Shown here: piece by piece, positions 20,878-34,034 of the stretch | Layout: every line of letters begins with the position of its first letter | How positions within the stretch are numbered: position 1 is the first letter of the stretch | Source of the DNA: Eledone cirrhosa | Lineage: Eukaryota | Direction of reading: 5' to 3' | DNA length: 64,000 nt | Assembly (NCBI GenBank): GCA_964016885.1 | Contig: OZ024742.1 | Span: forward strand, 225,432,001 to 225,496,000 | Notes under the pieces: model-generated | Told to the model about the DNA's origin: nothing | The model's input: only the letters and a program-made list of their open reading frames with translations | Database searches by the model: none | Position numbers and translations under genes: made by a program

Positions 20878-20946
<69 letters not shown>

Positions 20947-20970
20947 AACAAAAGATGGTTAAAAGAGTTC

Positions 20971-21047
20971 CATGTATTTTATTATGCGCATTTCAAAAAC
21001 AAATATCATCATGCAATAATATTTGTGTTTTCATCAGATAAAACATG
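20971..21047 (-). ncRNA. Type I hammerhead ribozyme in the 3' pLTR
   Basis: Reverse complement of 25193-25269; same sense as the PLE ORF. Confidence 0.82.
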
Positions 21048-21905
21048 AAGACATGATATGAAGGTTAAAAAACACTTGTGGATAGTTCAGTTTTAAATCA
21101 ACATATGAGAAGTAGTTTTAGATTGATGTGTGATATTGGGAAAAATATTTTATTTAGAGGGGGGGGGGGGTGGAAAGGATGAAAAAGAGGAGGAGATGAG
21201 AGTAAAAAGTGGAGAAGGAGGAGTATAATGAGGAAGGATGAGATAGGAGGAGAGATGGGTGATAGAGAGAGAGAGATAGCTTTTATAACTGAGAAAGATA
21301 TATTGTTTTACATAGAGAGGTTGAAAACCATTGGAAGATAATGTATAAATTAAAAGAATTTGAAAATTAATGAAGAGAAAAATAATGTAAAGTTAAGGTT
21401 TGTATATTGAGGGGTTTGATAATATGTGCGATGAAAAAAGAAAATGTTAATATGTATTGAGAATAATGTTTAAGGGTTTAATAATATGTGCGATGTTAAG
21501 AAGATGTTGATATGTATTATTAAAAGGAACAACAGGTTATTTAAGTAAGGAAATATTGTGAGATGAGCATGAATAAGTTAGATGAAAGGGAGAAAAGAAT
21601 AATGAATTGAGGATGAATAATCTAACGTCAAAAAAATGTATATGTTTACGAAGGATTTTTACAAGGTGATATAGAGTAAGAATGTATTGTATTATGTAAT
21701 AATTGATTCTATGTTAGGCAAGAGTGAGAAAAGGTACAGATTAGGGGTTAGACATTAAAAGAAGAAGAGAAGAATGAGTAATAAATATAGAATGTATAAT
21801 AACTTTTGAAATAAGGTAGAAAGATGGGTATATTTTTAAAAGAAGTGTATATATATATATGTGTGCCTTTGAGAAAAAGATTCTAAATTGATAAAGAATT
21901 GAATA

Positions 21906-24292
21906 TTAGCTGTATACTTTGTGAAATGTTTTATGGAATTTATGCAAGCAGATAGGAAACAAGTCAGTGCGTCTATTTATTATAGAATCTAAATTAGAAA
22001 TAATGGTAAATTTTTCATTTAGGCAGAGATTGCAAATTTTGGATAGAGAACTGTTCAAGTATAAAGACACAGAAGAAACCTTCTTTCAAAAGATGCTATA
22101 TTTAATATTTTTGTCTTTCAAGGACCATATGAGTTCTGAGAGAGCCGTGTTGGTTCTTTTAAGTTTGTATTTAAAAGACGAATGATGGTTATAAAGACGA
22201 GCTTTAAAAGAGGTGGAAGTGGAGCCAAAATAGGTGAAGGAATTGGTGTCAGTTATAACTTTACATTCGTAAATTAAGTTTTTATCAAGACAATGGTTGT
22301 TGAGAGGACATTTATTTTTAATAGGGCAATTGCGATTAGAGAGATTATTAATGAGTGACCTAGTGTTATCTATAGAAGGAATTGGATTGGAGAAGTTATT
22401 TGCGATAGGAATAATAGTTTCTTGATTTAGAATGGGATTAAGAACATTTAGCGAAGTTGTGTTTGACGTTGTATTTGGGTTTGTAGAAATTAGCCTAGGG
22501 TTTACAATGACGTCGGGAGTACTATTATTATGATATTCAGTGTTGGAAGGAAGAGATTTAGTATTTAGTATTTTATTGTTGTGTTTAGAGATAATGTTGG
22601 AAATGTTGGAGGATGTAGAATAGGAAAATTGTATAGTGTGTTTGTTAAATATTTTACTATAGATATGTGAGGGAGGGAAGCATTTATTTAAGGCACTAAA
22701 GAATAATTTAGGAATATTGTTATTAATAGAGATGGAGAAAGGAGCATTATACCAGATTATGTTTTTGTATCTAGGTCTTTTATTAAAGTTATTGGAATGA
22801 TCATGATTAATTATTCTACTGTAATTTCTTCTAGAATTTGTTTCTTTACTATATTTCATTTTATCAGGATAGCCGGCTTTAGAAAGCGCGTTATTATAGT
22901 AATTGGCGTTAGCATCAAAGATGTTTTTATTAGAAGATAGGTTAGATATTCTTTTTCCAATATTACTAACTATAGCATTCTTGATATTAGTAGGATGGTT
23001 AGATTTAAAGTTAACATAATTTAGGTTCTCATTGTTTTTATGGTAAGGGTAATATAGGCCAGTGTCAAGATTAAGAGATACATCCAAGAAATTAGCTAGT
23101 TTGATGCTGTTATCAAATTCAATTTTTAGGTTATGTTGGTTAAAGAGATTACGTATATTGTTCTTAATAATATTAAGGTTAATTATGTTGCAATTTAAGA
23201 TAGTAAAGAGTCCATCGTCACGATAAATTCCACCGCAAAGTTGAGGAATTTTCCGACTCAAAGAGTTCAAAATAAAGATACCAATTAAATCTGTCAATTG
23301 GGATGAATCGGATGCTCCCATTGTGATGTCGAAGTTGTTAGAGGTATTGGCTCTGGTCCAATATTCGTTGTTGAACTCTAGGATGGTTTTACGTGCGGTG
23401 AGAATGATGTGAAGTTCATCTGTGGTGATGTCAGAATATTTAAGTGCGAAAGATAGAGCATTATTGAGAAGTGAAGGCGAAATAGAAGAATAGTAGCTGG
23501 CAATATCAAATTGAACAAATTTTAGTTTGTTTTTATTATTCAATTCGTTGAACCAGCTAATCACTTCAGAATTACCAAACCATAAATTTAGGTTCAAAGA
23601 AGAGCAATTAGAACGAACCTGTGGGATAATTCTATCCAAGATGGCTTTACTAACCACCCCAGATCTGATTTAGAGGGGGCGATTAATCTAACAGGTAGTT
23701 CAGTGCGAAAATTGTTTTTGTGATCCTTGAGATTTATCCTCGGAGTTCTTGGGAGGAATGGTTCTGTCTTTTTTTCAATGCCAAGTTTTGACATAATCTC
23801 AGAGGCTTCAAAGTTTATGTATTCTAAATTTTCATGGTTGGTTTTACGATATTTTTTCCTAAGTTCCTTTAGGATAAGGTTGTTATAATTATCCTTGGAA
23901 ATACCATATAAGTTATTGGTTTTGTCAGAGTGGACTAAAACATTTTTTGAGGAATTTAGGTTTGAAATTGTGTTCTTGATATTTACAAGGTGCTCTTGTC
24001 CTTTGTAAGGGTATCTCTTGAATTTAAGATTTTTTATAATTTTAGTTAACTCTTCCTCGAATTGCACTAGATTTTTGTTGGAAGGAGGATTTCTTCTAGA
24101 ATTAAATAGATGATCGAGGAAGTTATGTTCTTTGGTATAGAAGTTCCCTTTTAGGCGCTGGTCATAGAAATAGGCTATCCATCTAAGTCTTCTTACGAAG
24201 GAGTCAGTTTTTTCAATTAGAAGTTTGGTGAATTCAGATTTACCAGGTATAGGAATGTCTTTAGTTGAATTGGTTATGTTGTAATAATCCAT
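21906..24292 (-). pseudogene. PLE reverse transcriptase/GIY-YIG endonuclease (one frameshift near 23650, one in-frame TGA at 22086)
   Basis: FVQFDIASYY, FDITMGA, GIYRDDGL, FLDVSLNL, Cys linker CPIKNKCPLNNHC and IYECKV..YFGSTSTSFKARLYNH; reading through the TGA gives CNLCLNEK...NRR...CLH and a stop at 21906. Confidence 0.9.
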
Positions 24293-25192
24293 GTTGTAGA
24301 AGAAGAAAGAAGTAAAAGACCATCAAAAGGTATCCAATATGAGAGTAAGCGCTCAACCGTTAAGGAGCAAGTTAAGGCACATATATATATATATACACTT
24401 CTTTTAAAAATATACCCATCTTTCTACCTTATTTCAAAGGTTATTATACATTCTATAATACTTATTACTCATTCTTCTCTTCTTCTTTTAATGTCTAACC
24501 CCTAATCTGTACCTTTTCTCACTCTTGCCTAACATAGAATCAATTATTACATAATACACTACATTCTTACTCTATATCACCTTGTAAAAATCCTTCGTAA
24601 ACATATACATTTTTTTGACGTTAGATTATTCATCCTCAATTCATTATTCTTTTCTCCCTTTCATCTAACTCATTCATCTCACAATATTTCCTTACTTAAA
24701 TAACCTGTTGTTCCTTTTAATAATACATATCAACATCTTCTTAACATCGCACATATTATTAAACCCTTAAACATTATTCTCAATACATATTAACATTTTC
24801 TTTTTTCATCGCACATATTATCAAACCCCTCAATATACAAACCTTAACTTTACATTATTTTTCTCTTCGTTAATTTTCAAATTCTTTTAATTTATTCATT
24901 ATCTTCCAATGGTTTTCAACCTCTCTATGTAAAACAATATATCTTTCTCAGTTATAAAAGCTATCTCTCTCTCTCTATCACCCATCTCTCCTCCTATCTC
25001 ATCCTTCCTCATTATACTCCTCCCTCTCCACTTTTTACTCTCATCCCCTCCTCTTTTTCATCCTTTCCAACCACCCCCCCCTCTAAATAAAATATTTTTC
25101 TCAATATCACACATCAATCTAAAACTACTTCTCATATGTTGATTTAAAACTGAACTATCCACAAGTGTTTTTTAACCTTCATATCATGTCTT

Positions 25193-25269
25193 CATGTTTT
25201 ATCTGATGAAAACACAAATATTATTGCATGATGATATTTGTTTTTGAAATGCGCATAATAAAATACATG
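25193..25269 (+). ncRNA. Type I hammerhead ribozyme in the inverted 5' pLTR
   Basis: ttttat CTGATGA aaacacaaatatt..gatatttgttttt GAAA tgcgca TA ataaaa; predicted cleavage after A25257. Confidence 0.82.
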
Positions 25270-25418
25270 GAACTCTCTTAACCATCTTTTGTTCTTATAT
25301 ATTATGTATACTCCAGTCCTACAAACTGTAGAGTGCTTATTATCCGATATCTGCATTGCTTTATTGTACTACAATAAAACTCACCTCCTACATATATATG
25401 TATATATATATATATATA

Positions 25419-25996
25419 GGCGTTCTTTACTTTTAGCGGTCGCAATAATGAAAGTAAATTTATTTTCATTTTCGAACGTCGAGTTTACATTTTGTGTGTG
25501 TTTAAACGAAACATGCTGGCGACGAAGCTTCTTCTTTGCACGGCTCCATGTGTTCTCTATGAGCTGTGTGTGCACATCAGGGTCCGCAGGATCTACAAAG
25601 TTCCATGAACGTAAATCCCACCTTCAATTTCCGAATAGGAAGCCCAACCATCGGAGATGATGCGGCTGCCTGGCAAAATTCCTGCTGAATGAGGGGGACG
25701 AGAGTGTCACGGCTTCGATTTGGGACTTCTACAAGGCAGCAGCGTCCAGAATGGCAGACTCACCATTCTGCAAGCCTCATTACAAGATTACTTTGGTATT
25801 GAGTACTCTTCTCTCAACCGTCAACTACACACACACACACATATATACATATATATATAATCAGTTAAAACGACAGAGGCTCTGATTTTGTCTTTAATTT
25901 CAGTAACTAATTTAGATCTAAACACACACAAAATGTAAACCCGACGTTCGAAAATGAAAATAAAGTTACTTTCATTATTGCGACCGCTAAAAGTAA
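25419..25996 (-). mobile_element. Merlin (IS1016/IS1595-like) DNA transposon remnant
   Basis: About 80-bp inverted repeats (25426-25504/25920-25996); left end starts GG; minus strand encodes RSRDTLVPLIQQ..ILPGSRIISDGWASY and NFVDPADPDVHTQLIENTWSRAKKKL. Confidence 0.8.
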
Positions 25997-25998
25997 GT

Positions 25999-26110
25999 AA
26001 ATCCTGCCGAAGTTAACTTTGCCTTTCATCCTTAAGAGGTCGATAAAATAAAGCACCAGTAATGCACTGGGGTAATTGCTGGCCTTGTGCCAAAAGTAGA
26101 AACAATTATT
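25999..26110 (+). mobile_element. 5'-truncated SINE replacing the right Merlin terminus
   Basis: SINE core and tail directly abut the right terminal inverted repeat (TIR). Confidence 0.8.
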
Positions 26111-26204
26111 AAGTAGGATTACTTACGTTCTAGTATAATAATCTATGATATTATCCAGATTGATATTATTCATTATCAACGTGTAAATTGGAAGGCATGA
26201 TCAA

Positions 26205-26915
26205 CAGAGTGGACTATGTACTTTTTGTTGTGGCACCAACACTACCACTTTGCAGGGTGGACTGGATGTTTTTTTTGTCATGGCACCAACACTACCACTT
26301 TGCAGGTGGACTGGATGTTGTTTTTTTTGTCATGGCACCAACACTACCACTTTGCAGGGTGGACTGGATGTTGTTTTTGTCATGGCACCAACACTACCAC
26401 TTTGCAGGGTGGACTGGATGTTTTTTTTTTGTCATGGCACCAGCACTACCACTTTGCAGGGTGGACTGGATGTTTTTTTTTGTCATGGCACCAACACTAC
26501 CACTTTGCAGGGTGGACTGGATGTTTTTTTTTTGGTATGGCACCAGCACTACCACTTTGCAGGGTGGACTGGATGTTTTTTTGTCGTGGCACCAGCATTA
26601 CCATTTTGCAGGGTGGACCGGATGTTTTTTTTGCATGGCACTAGCACTACCACTTTGCAGGGTGGACTGGATGTTTTTTGTCATGGCACCAGCACTACCA
26701 CTTTGCAGGGTGGAATGGGTTGTTTTTTTGTCATGGCACCAGCACTACCACTTTGCAGGGTGGACTGGATCTTTTTTTTTTGGCATGGCGCTAACACTAC
26801 CACTTTGCAGGGTGGACTGGATGTTTTTTTGTCATGGTACTAGCACTACCACTTTAAAAGGTGTTTGGGTGCTTTTTTGTTATAGCACCAACACCTCACA
26901 GAGTGGACTGGAGTA
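26205..26915 (+). repeat. about 51-bp minisatellite, about 13 copies
   Basis: Unit gtcatggcacca(a/g)cactaccactttgcagggtggactggatgttttttt. Confidence 0.95.
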
Positions 26916-27352
26916 ATTGGTTATACTAGTGTAAGCAGTGGAAGCACAATATAATTGAATATTAAACATACTATATATATCTGGTTTAGAATATACCCTA
27001 TCCCTGCAGTTTTCACAAGGCAATTAAAAGGTTTCATGTCAAAAAGGACATCCATCCATAAAAAATGCCTCCCTACCACCCATGATAAGTATGAATCGTA
27101 TCAGGGAGCCTGCAAGTCTAACCCCTACTTTAGTAGGGAAAATGACCTTTAAATGCTTGTTGTTGGTCACAGATGGAACTCCCTTTGATCATAGTGCAGC
27201 TGGTGCAAGTAGTTCTAGTATAGACAGTGGGAGCATTGTATAATCAAATAGTTTTTTTTTAAATGTTTTTCCCTTATTCTAACATATTATTATTAATTTT
27301 TTTCAGTTAGTTGATATTCATTTGATTGAAAACTAACCAGATTTATCTCACC

Positions 27353-27518
27353 ATGGATATATGTCAGAAACTATTTACTATACCTCTGCGTATCATGTGT
27401 GTTATTTTGCTGACAACACAGATGGGACTTTTGGATTTTTATTTGGCTAAATACATAAGTAAAATATGGTTGACTTGGATTGTTGCTGATGTTATCACAA
27501 TAGTCTTATTTATTACAG
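27353..27518 (+). CDS. TMEM121/CECR6-family membrane protein, coding exon 1
   Basis: Acceptor tttttcag before 27307, ATG at 27353, donor GT at 27519 (phase 1); hydrophobic MDICQKLFTIPLRIMCVILL...WIVADVITIVLFIT. Confidence 0.75.
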
Positions 27519-28955
27519 GTTTGTAGTCTCTCTTTATTCTTCCGTTATCATATTTCTAATGAAAGACACTACTTACGTTTGTTAAACCATTTTGAAAATA
27601 ATGAAGAATTCTAAAGGATATAGTAATTGTGAGGCTAGGGTGCCAGAAGTGCATGGGAGGTCTTGCCATAAACGAAGGGCCAGTGGCGTGATATCAGAGT
27701 TCGCGGACCTTTTGCACTCTCTATTGTCAGGATGCGGTACCGTGTGGATGTGTGTGAGAGACTCTCTATATTTTTTAGCCACATGTAAAACTGGTGAACA
27801 TCCACGCAGTCAGATTCAGTCCAGACTCGAGTGGAGATGCAATGGTAGGTCTTTTCAATTCCTCACAACAGTAATATAACTAACTTTCTCATTATTAAAC
27901 TGGTGTTAGGAATATAAGTTCTGTACATAAAATTATGATGGAAGGATTATAGATAAATATAAACACTCTAAGTTTATTTCAAGCAGTTTGGTAACAAAGG
28001 GGTTAAATGTCTCAGGAAAGACTCACTGGACAAATTTTGCGGGCGAAACCAACAGGTTGCAGACCCAGGGGTAGACCCCAAGCAAGATGGTTGGCTAGTC
28101 ATGGTTGCTTCTGACGGGACCCACTGGAAGTAGTGTTTGAGGACTCTGCTCCCATGACCCTCTCAGGAATAAATGGGCGAAGAATAAGAAGGGGTTAAAT
28201 GAACTACAAATCCATACTGTTTTTTTATATTCACTTTCATGTATATAATCATATGATCCTGAGTTAGATCCCAGTGCATAGCACTTTGGGCAAGTATCCC
28301 ATATAATAGCCTCAGGCTTACCTAGGCTTTGTGAGTGCAATTATCAGGATATCAGAAGCTTCAAATTGCTAAACAGAACTTTTTTTTATCGCAACAAAAT
28401 GTTATGTCAGTCTTCCTGTTAATGGATATTGTGGGCTGCTGCAATATATGCAGTCTCTTGTAGAGTTAAAGCTGGCAGTTGCAAGCGCCGGGTGAATAAG
28501 GAGGGACTCTGGCAGGAATGCATTATATAAAGTTAAGAAAGTTATTTCCTTGGTCCCAGTGCCGCCAGATGAAATGAAGCAGGAAGGTGGAGTTTCCCCT
28601 GTTTCTGAGCTTAACCTTTAGAATGCTGAATTTTTTTTATGAATTTCTTCCCTTGACACTGTTAAGGGGAGATTACTCTATTGGTGACAACACCGAGAAG
28701 GTTAAAGGAGTGTATATGCTGAGTGAATCTTATCTTAAAGTGGTTGGCTTTTAGGCCTGTGTAACTCCTCAAGATATAATTATGTGGTGTGAGAGTGACT
28801 CTATAGACCACAGCCTTTCAGAGGCAGAATTATGCCAATAGACAGTTGGTGGAGTTTCAGCAGTTGCAGATTGGTGCATAGGGTGGAGTCTGTAAAAGTG
28901 TGTCTTTGGTTATGTTGTAGCATATGATATTGGAAACAATGTTATCAAAGTAGGA

Positions 28956-29200
28956 TTAGTTAACCTTAACATTATGGGAGAAGAAGCTTCTAGCTATATT
29001 TATGAAGAAATCTGTATTAAACAAAGGATTAAACCAACTTATATTTCTCTTCATAACTCTTTGATGTGGGAAGGGTGGTTTGGGGATTCTCTGTGTAGAG
29101 TAACTTCTCATTAAAGCCACTCTTTGTGAGTGTTTTATTGTAATGGAATTCAGCATTATTCAAGATTATTCTACTGAACATGAATTTAAATTCAATTTTA
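28956..29200 (-). mobile_element. Decayed Penelope-like RT fragment in the intron
   Basis: NNAEFHYNKTLTKSGF and KRNISWFNPLF parallel NANYYNNALSKAGY and KNIIWYNAPF in the PLE ORF. Confidence 0.55.
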
Positions 29201-29226
29201 AATCTGTTATTTTTTTTATTTTTCAG

Positions 29227-29978
29227 TAATGGTTTTATCATACATTTATGTTTACCAAGAACAATTTGAACCTGCAAGGTTTCAAGTAATTTTGAATACT
29301 GGAAAACAACCTCTGATGTATATTAGTTGGGCAATTTATTCCCTTTTCCTTCTTTTAAAAATATTATTTTGCATTGAAAATTTTGGTTCCAAATTAAAAG
29401 TTCAAGATTATTGGGGGCCAAACACTTTTAAATTTATCCTTGCACTCTCAGCCCCACTCTTCTTACTTTATTTACTGTCCCAGGTGAGTGCAACTTCAGA
29501 CAGGGAACGTAGGAGATATATTGATAAATTGACATCAGGTGTAACCTTTGATATTTTTGATACAGTTGACATTTTGGACATCCTTTTTGTTCAACAATCC
29601 AGAGTCCTTCTGTCATTTGCAATGTCTAAAGCTATCTTAGGGATCGCTTTGATAAATATCTTTATGCCTTTAATCCCACTGTTTCTTATTAGTCATTCAC
29701 ATTATGGTAAAATTAAATTAAGTAACGCTGTTATGAATATATACCGTATATCAATGATATTGATTGTTAATCTGCCATATTTGGGTATTCGTATTCGATT
29801 GATACATTTCTATGGACATAATATGTCTATATTCCTCATGAAAAATATACTCTCAATTTTTGTTGTTTTTTATGATATTTATGAGCAACACCATCTGAAA
29901 AAGTTAGAAAAAAATGCCACTATAGCAACTACCAAAGAAACTGCTGCTGAAGAAAATGCTCTTCAAGAACAGGCATAG
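29227..29978 (+). CDS. TMEM121/CECR6-family membrane protein, coding exon 2 (about 305 aa in total)
   Basis: Polypyrimidine tract and AG at 29225-29226; phase-1 join (G+TA=Val) puts the 249-aa ORF in frame; motifs P..YISW..YS..L..K, GPN, DIFD..DILD.L, NLPYL.IR, SIF.MKN; several transmembrane segments. Confidence 0.82.
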
Positions 29979-30622
29979 TGACTGGAAATTTAATAATCCT
30001 GCTGCATGGTTTGTATTTTCCTTTTTCATGGAAGTTGAAAAGACCCACAACTTTAGAAAAAGAAATTATTTGCTTCAAATATATATGTGAATATTGAAAT
30101 GAGTCGATAAAATATATTTTCCCTTTACATAACCCTACTCAACAACAAATAAATAAAAGCAACAAACCTAAACTATCCTAGATACACAGTATAAAATACC
30201 ATAATCCAGTTACAAAATCAATGTATTGCACATTAAAACAACATCCAATGCAACTAAAATAATCCCCCAAAATACCAATATCTAATCCACAAAACTGGAA
30301 TTACAACAAACCTAAACTACTCAAGACACACCATACAAGGACAATTACTCAGTTACAAAAAATAAATAAAGTTTTATAAAAAAAATGTTTAAAAAACATC
30401 CATTACAACCAAAATTATCCACCAAAAATCCTTAATATCCAATCAACAAAATCCTGAAACTCATAACAAAAGATCAAACCTCAAACCAAATTCAAAAATC
30501 AATAACTTAAACAAAACAATTAAATCAAATTAAATCCAAACAAACTAATCTAATACTAAAGGATCGACATTATAGAACCATTACTGCCCTCAATATTTGG
30601 CATAATGAATGCAAAATAAAGC

Positions 30623-30824
30623 ACACTAAACTATTAGTTGTAGTTTTACTTACAGACACACAAAATGAAACAGGATGTTACTTGGTTGTTATTGGATACA
30701 AGTTCATCATCGTCATTCAATATCTATTTAAACAGTGATGATAGTGACCTTGTATAAAATAACAGTCACACCCTGTTTCATTTTGTGTGTATGTTTGTAA
30801 AATCACAATCAATAGTTTAGTGCA
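30623..30824. repeat. Imperfect foldback (MITE-like)
   Basis: cactaaactatt/aatagtttagtg and acacacaaaatgaaacagg/cctgtttcattttgtgtgt pair as inverted arms. Confidence 0.6.
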
Positions 30825-31139
30825 GACATGAGAAAACCACAAGCCACATGTGGCCCATTTGGTTTTCTCAAGGATATCTCTAATTTCAAAATTGCCTTAA
30901 ATTTTTTAGTTGTGCGGCCCACCTTATGATGAGCCACATCCTATGTAGCTCACTGCTTGGAAAATGTTGCCCATGCTTAGTTTAGTGTTATTTTACATTC
31001 ATTGGCCCTTGCAACACCCCTAGCAGACCTTTCTTGTCCAACCCATGCATACATAGAAAACCGGACATGCTCCACGATATACTACCAAGCATAATACACT
31101 GTTCAAAGCCACCCCATGACAGGTTGCTTGCTCTCTCAC

Positions 31140-31350
31140 TTTACTGGTGCCATAACAAAAAGCACCCAGTTCATCCTGTATAGTCGTAGTGCTGGTGCCA
31201 TAAGAAAAAAGCACCCAATCCACCCTGTAAAGTGATTATACTGGCACCATAACAAAAAACACCCAATCCACTCTGTAAGGTAGTCGTACTGGTACGGCAA
31301 CAAAAAGCTTTCAAGCCACCCTGTAAAGTGATAGCTGTGGCGCCATGAAA
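31140..31350 (-). repeat. Diverged copy of the about 51-bp minisatellite
   Basis: About 4 units of ggtgccataacaaaaagcacccaatccaccctgtaaagt, reverse-complement related to 26205-26915. Confidence 0.75.
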
Positions 31351-31562
31351 AAATCTCCCAAGACATTAAAAAGTGATATAATGATGATAAACGTTAATAT
31401 ACCAGATATTGGGAGCAGCAATAACTTATGTTAGTTCTCTAATACTAGGAGAGTGGTTTGGTTTGGTTTGGTTTTGATTTGATTTTAATTTTATAAAGTT
31501 ACTGTTTCCTGAGGTATTTAAGTTTTTGGTTTTTAATCTTTGGATATGAGTTTCAGAATTTG

Positions 31563-31684
31563 TAACCTGGTCTATTAACAACCCGTCCAACCTACTTGAG
31601 TACCAACCTAGATTGTTGATGACCCATCAAACCAACTCGAGTACCAACCTAGTCTATTGATGACACGTCCAACCCACTTGAGTA
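31563..31684. repeat. 41-bp tandem repeat x3
   Basis: gagta recurs at 31598, 31639 and 31680 in similar context. Confidence 0.75.
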
Positions 31685-34034
31685 ATTATATATGTATGGT
31701 GTGTCATTTTAAACTACCGAATTCTTTAATTTTTTTGTGATGATTTTTCTAAACAGAATATATTCTGCTTTGGTGTTTAAATCATAATTTTTTGAGAAAT
31801 GAACTGAGCCAATCATCAGCTGAAGCTAAGTAAACAACAATGTTTCTATTGATCTCTTCATTGCTGATATGGTCTGCCAGTTACAACTCCTGGCAGAAGC
31901 AGTGATGTGAAATAAAGTATTTTGCTCAAGAACACAACACACACAAAGATATAGTGCACCAATTCTAAAAAACCATGATACACATTATTACTGTTTATAT
32001 ATTCATTTTATCCATGCTGGCATGGGTTGGACAGGACTTTTTGGGTCAATGTTTTAACAGCCAGATGCCCATTCTGATACCAGTCCTTTTAATCACCCTT
32101 ACGGCATGCAGGAATACCTATTGTAAAAACCATGACACACACGAAGAATAATTAATTATAATTATTTGACTCTCCGCATTGAACATGTATTCAGTTTTCT
32201 AAGACTTCTGACACAAATTTATTCTCATTCTCCGACCTTCTATCTCATACATTTTTCACATTTTTATTTTGAATTTATTGACTGAAAATGTTTACAAAGT
32301 GCTACATTATTATATATTACGTTTTTATAAATATTATTGTGCAACTGATAATGTTGGTGTAACTTCAATGGTGCTAACTTTCTTCTACTTATGTAAAAGT
32401 CGAATATCAAAAGATGTTTACCAATACCAAAACAAGGCTGCATAGCTCTTATACATATTTCTACTAGTGTACATCAGGAACATAGTATAGTAAAATTAAT
32501 TTATTCATCATAATATTTATTTTTGGTATTATAACTTGACTCACAAATGTTGAAGAACTAGAATCGACTTTTACATGAGTATATGTATCTTGTGAATTTT
32601 TTTTTATGTTATATTAAAACCATGCACCTGTCCTGGACAGTGGATTGGTGAAATTGTTAGAGCATTGGGCATGATACTTTGTGGTATTTCTTTCAACCCT
32701 TAATGTTCTGAGTTTATCTGTGACATCACTGGTGCCTGCCAAGCAGTATTATCCCTTGCCTTTAAATTTTGGACAAGATCTGGGAAGACTTACATGGATG
32801 GGTGACTGCTGGAATCTTAAAGAGGAACTTCCCAGGTTTGAGTCCTTAGTTACATAGGACATATGGAGGTACTCAGATTAATGTTTATGTCAATCCTTTT
32901 TTTTGTATGAGAGTCACTTGCAGTTTGTTTGGAACAATACAATTTCTCAATCCATCGTCAATGTTTCTACACTTTCAGTCTCATCTTCCAAGTATGTAGT
33001 GTTGTTGGTTTCTGAAATTTCTTCTTTTATAACAGGTGAATATGATTTGTGTAGACTTCACTGTCAAAATTTATAGCAACCAACTGTGTTTACAGTTATT
33101 TTCTGCATCTGAGTTTCCAACATTTTCTATGAACTTTATAACTATTCAACACTTTGAAAGTTCAATACTATAAACATTTGAATTACAAACCTGTTTTTAG
33201 ATATTTTCTGCTGAATCATTACAGAATATTAAAAGTTATTGCTCTAAACAAACTGCATAAGGTGATATGATAAAGAAACATTGATAATAATAAAGGACAA
33301 AACTAGAAGATAGATGTGTTTTTAATGTAACAAGCTGTATTTTTATGATAATGATGGAAATGTTTAAAATAAATAATAACTTGTCATATTTTAAAATCTA
33401 TTTCTTGTACCTGCTGAATATATAAATATTTCTGAATCAAATATATTTGTTTTTGTTTTTATTCCTCTGTGGAAATTTCTAATTTTTCTCATGTTTAGTT
33501 CATATTTATCATTATCATTTTATGGCCACTTGCCTTACTGACATGAGTTGGACAGCTTGTCATGGTCTGGGACTAGACAGTTCAGAGAGACTTCATCTTG
33601 CTCATACCTTCTGTATTTAGAATATGGTTTATATTACATGTTTTCTTACGTTTAGTATTATAACATTAACTATTTTGATACAAAACCACTTGAAGCTACC
33701 CTTGGTTCTTCTGTAAGCTAATGACCTAGTTCTCATAAGTGAATTTATAAAACGATTACAGAAAAAATACCAAATGTGAAAGCAAAGGATACTAACCCTT
33801 TTGATACCAAACTGCACTTGATTATACAATACAAAGCTGTTTTTAATATTGATCTAAAAACCTTCCATCATAATTTTATGTCAGAACCTTTGTTAAGTAA
33901 TGCTCCAAACAGCAGCTTAATAATGAGAAAGTTATATTATTAAATCTCTCCAAATTCTTTATTTGAAAATGAATGTTTTTAGTTAAATATAAACACATTG
34001 ACCCTTTCATTAACATATTTCTAATGAAAGATAC

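Larger units (their letters stand above)
19830..20885 (+). mobile_element. Non-autonomous PLE-like element with about 67-bp inverted terminal segment
   Basis: 19913-19979 is the reverse complement of 20819-20885; HHR-like motif at the right end; flanked by (TA)n on both sides. Confidence 0.6.
20942..25302 (-). mobile_element. Penelope-like retroelement (Neptune-type) with inverted pLTRs
   Basis: RT plus GIY-YIG ORF flanked by about 930-bp inverted repeats (20942-21869 and 24374-25302), each carrying a hammerhead. Confidence 0.93.

Noticed and set aside
26188-26916. ORFs of 142-242 aa and CRISPR-like periodicity
   Set aside because: This is a spacer-less minisatellite that is open in several frames.
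31700-34030. Possible additional host exons
   Set aside because: AT-rich sequence with only decayed repeat fragments; no convincing ORF or splice-consistent exon seen.
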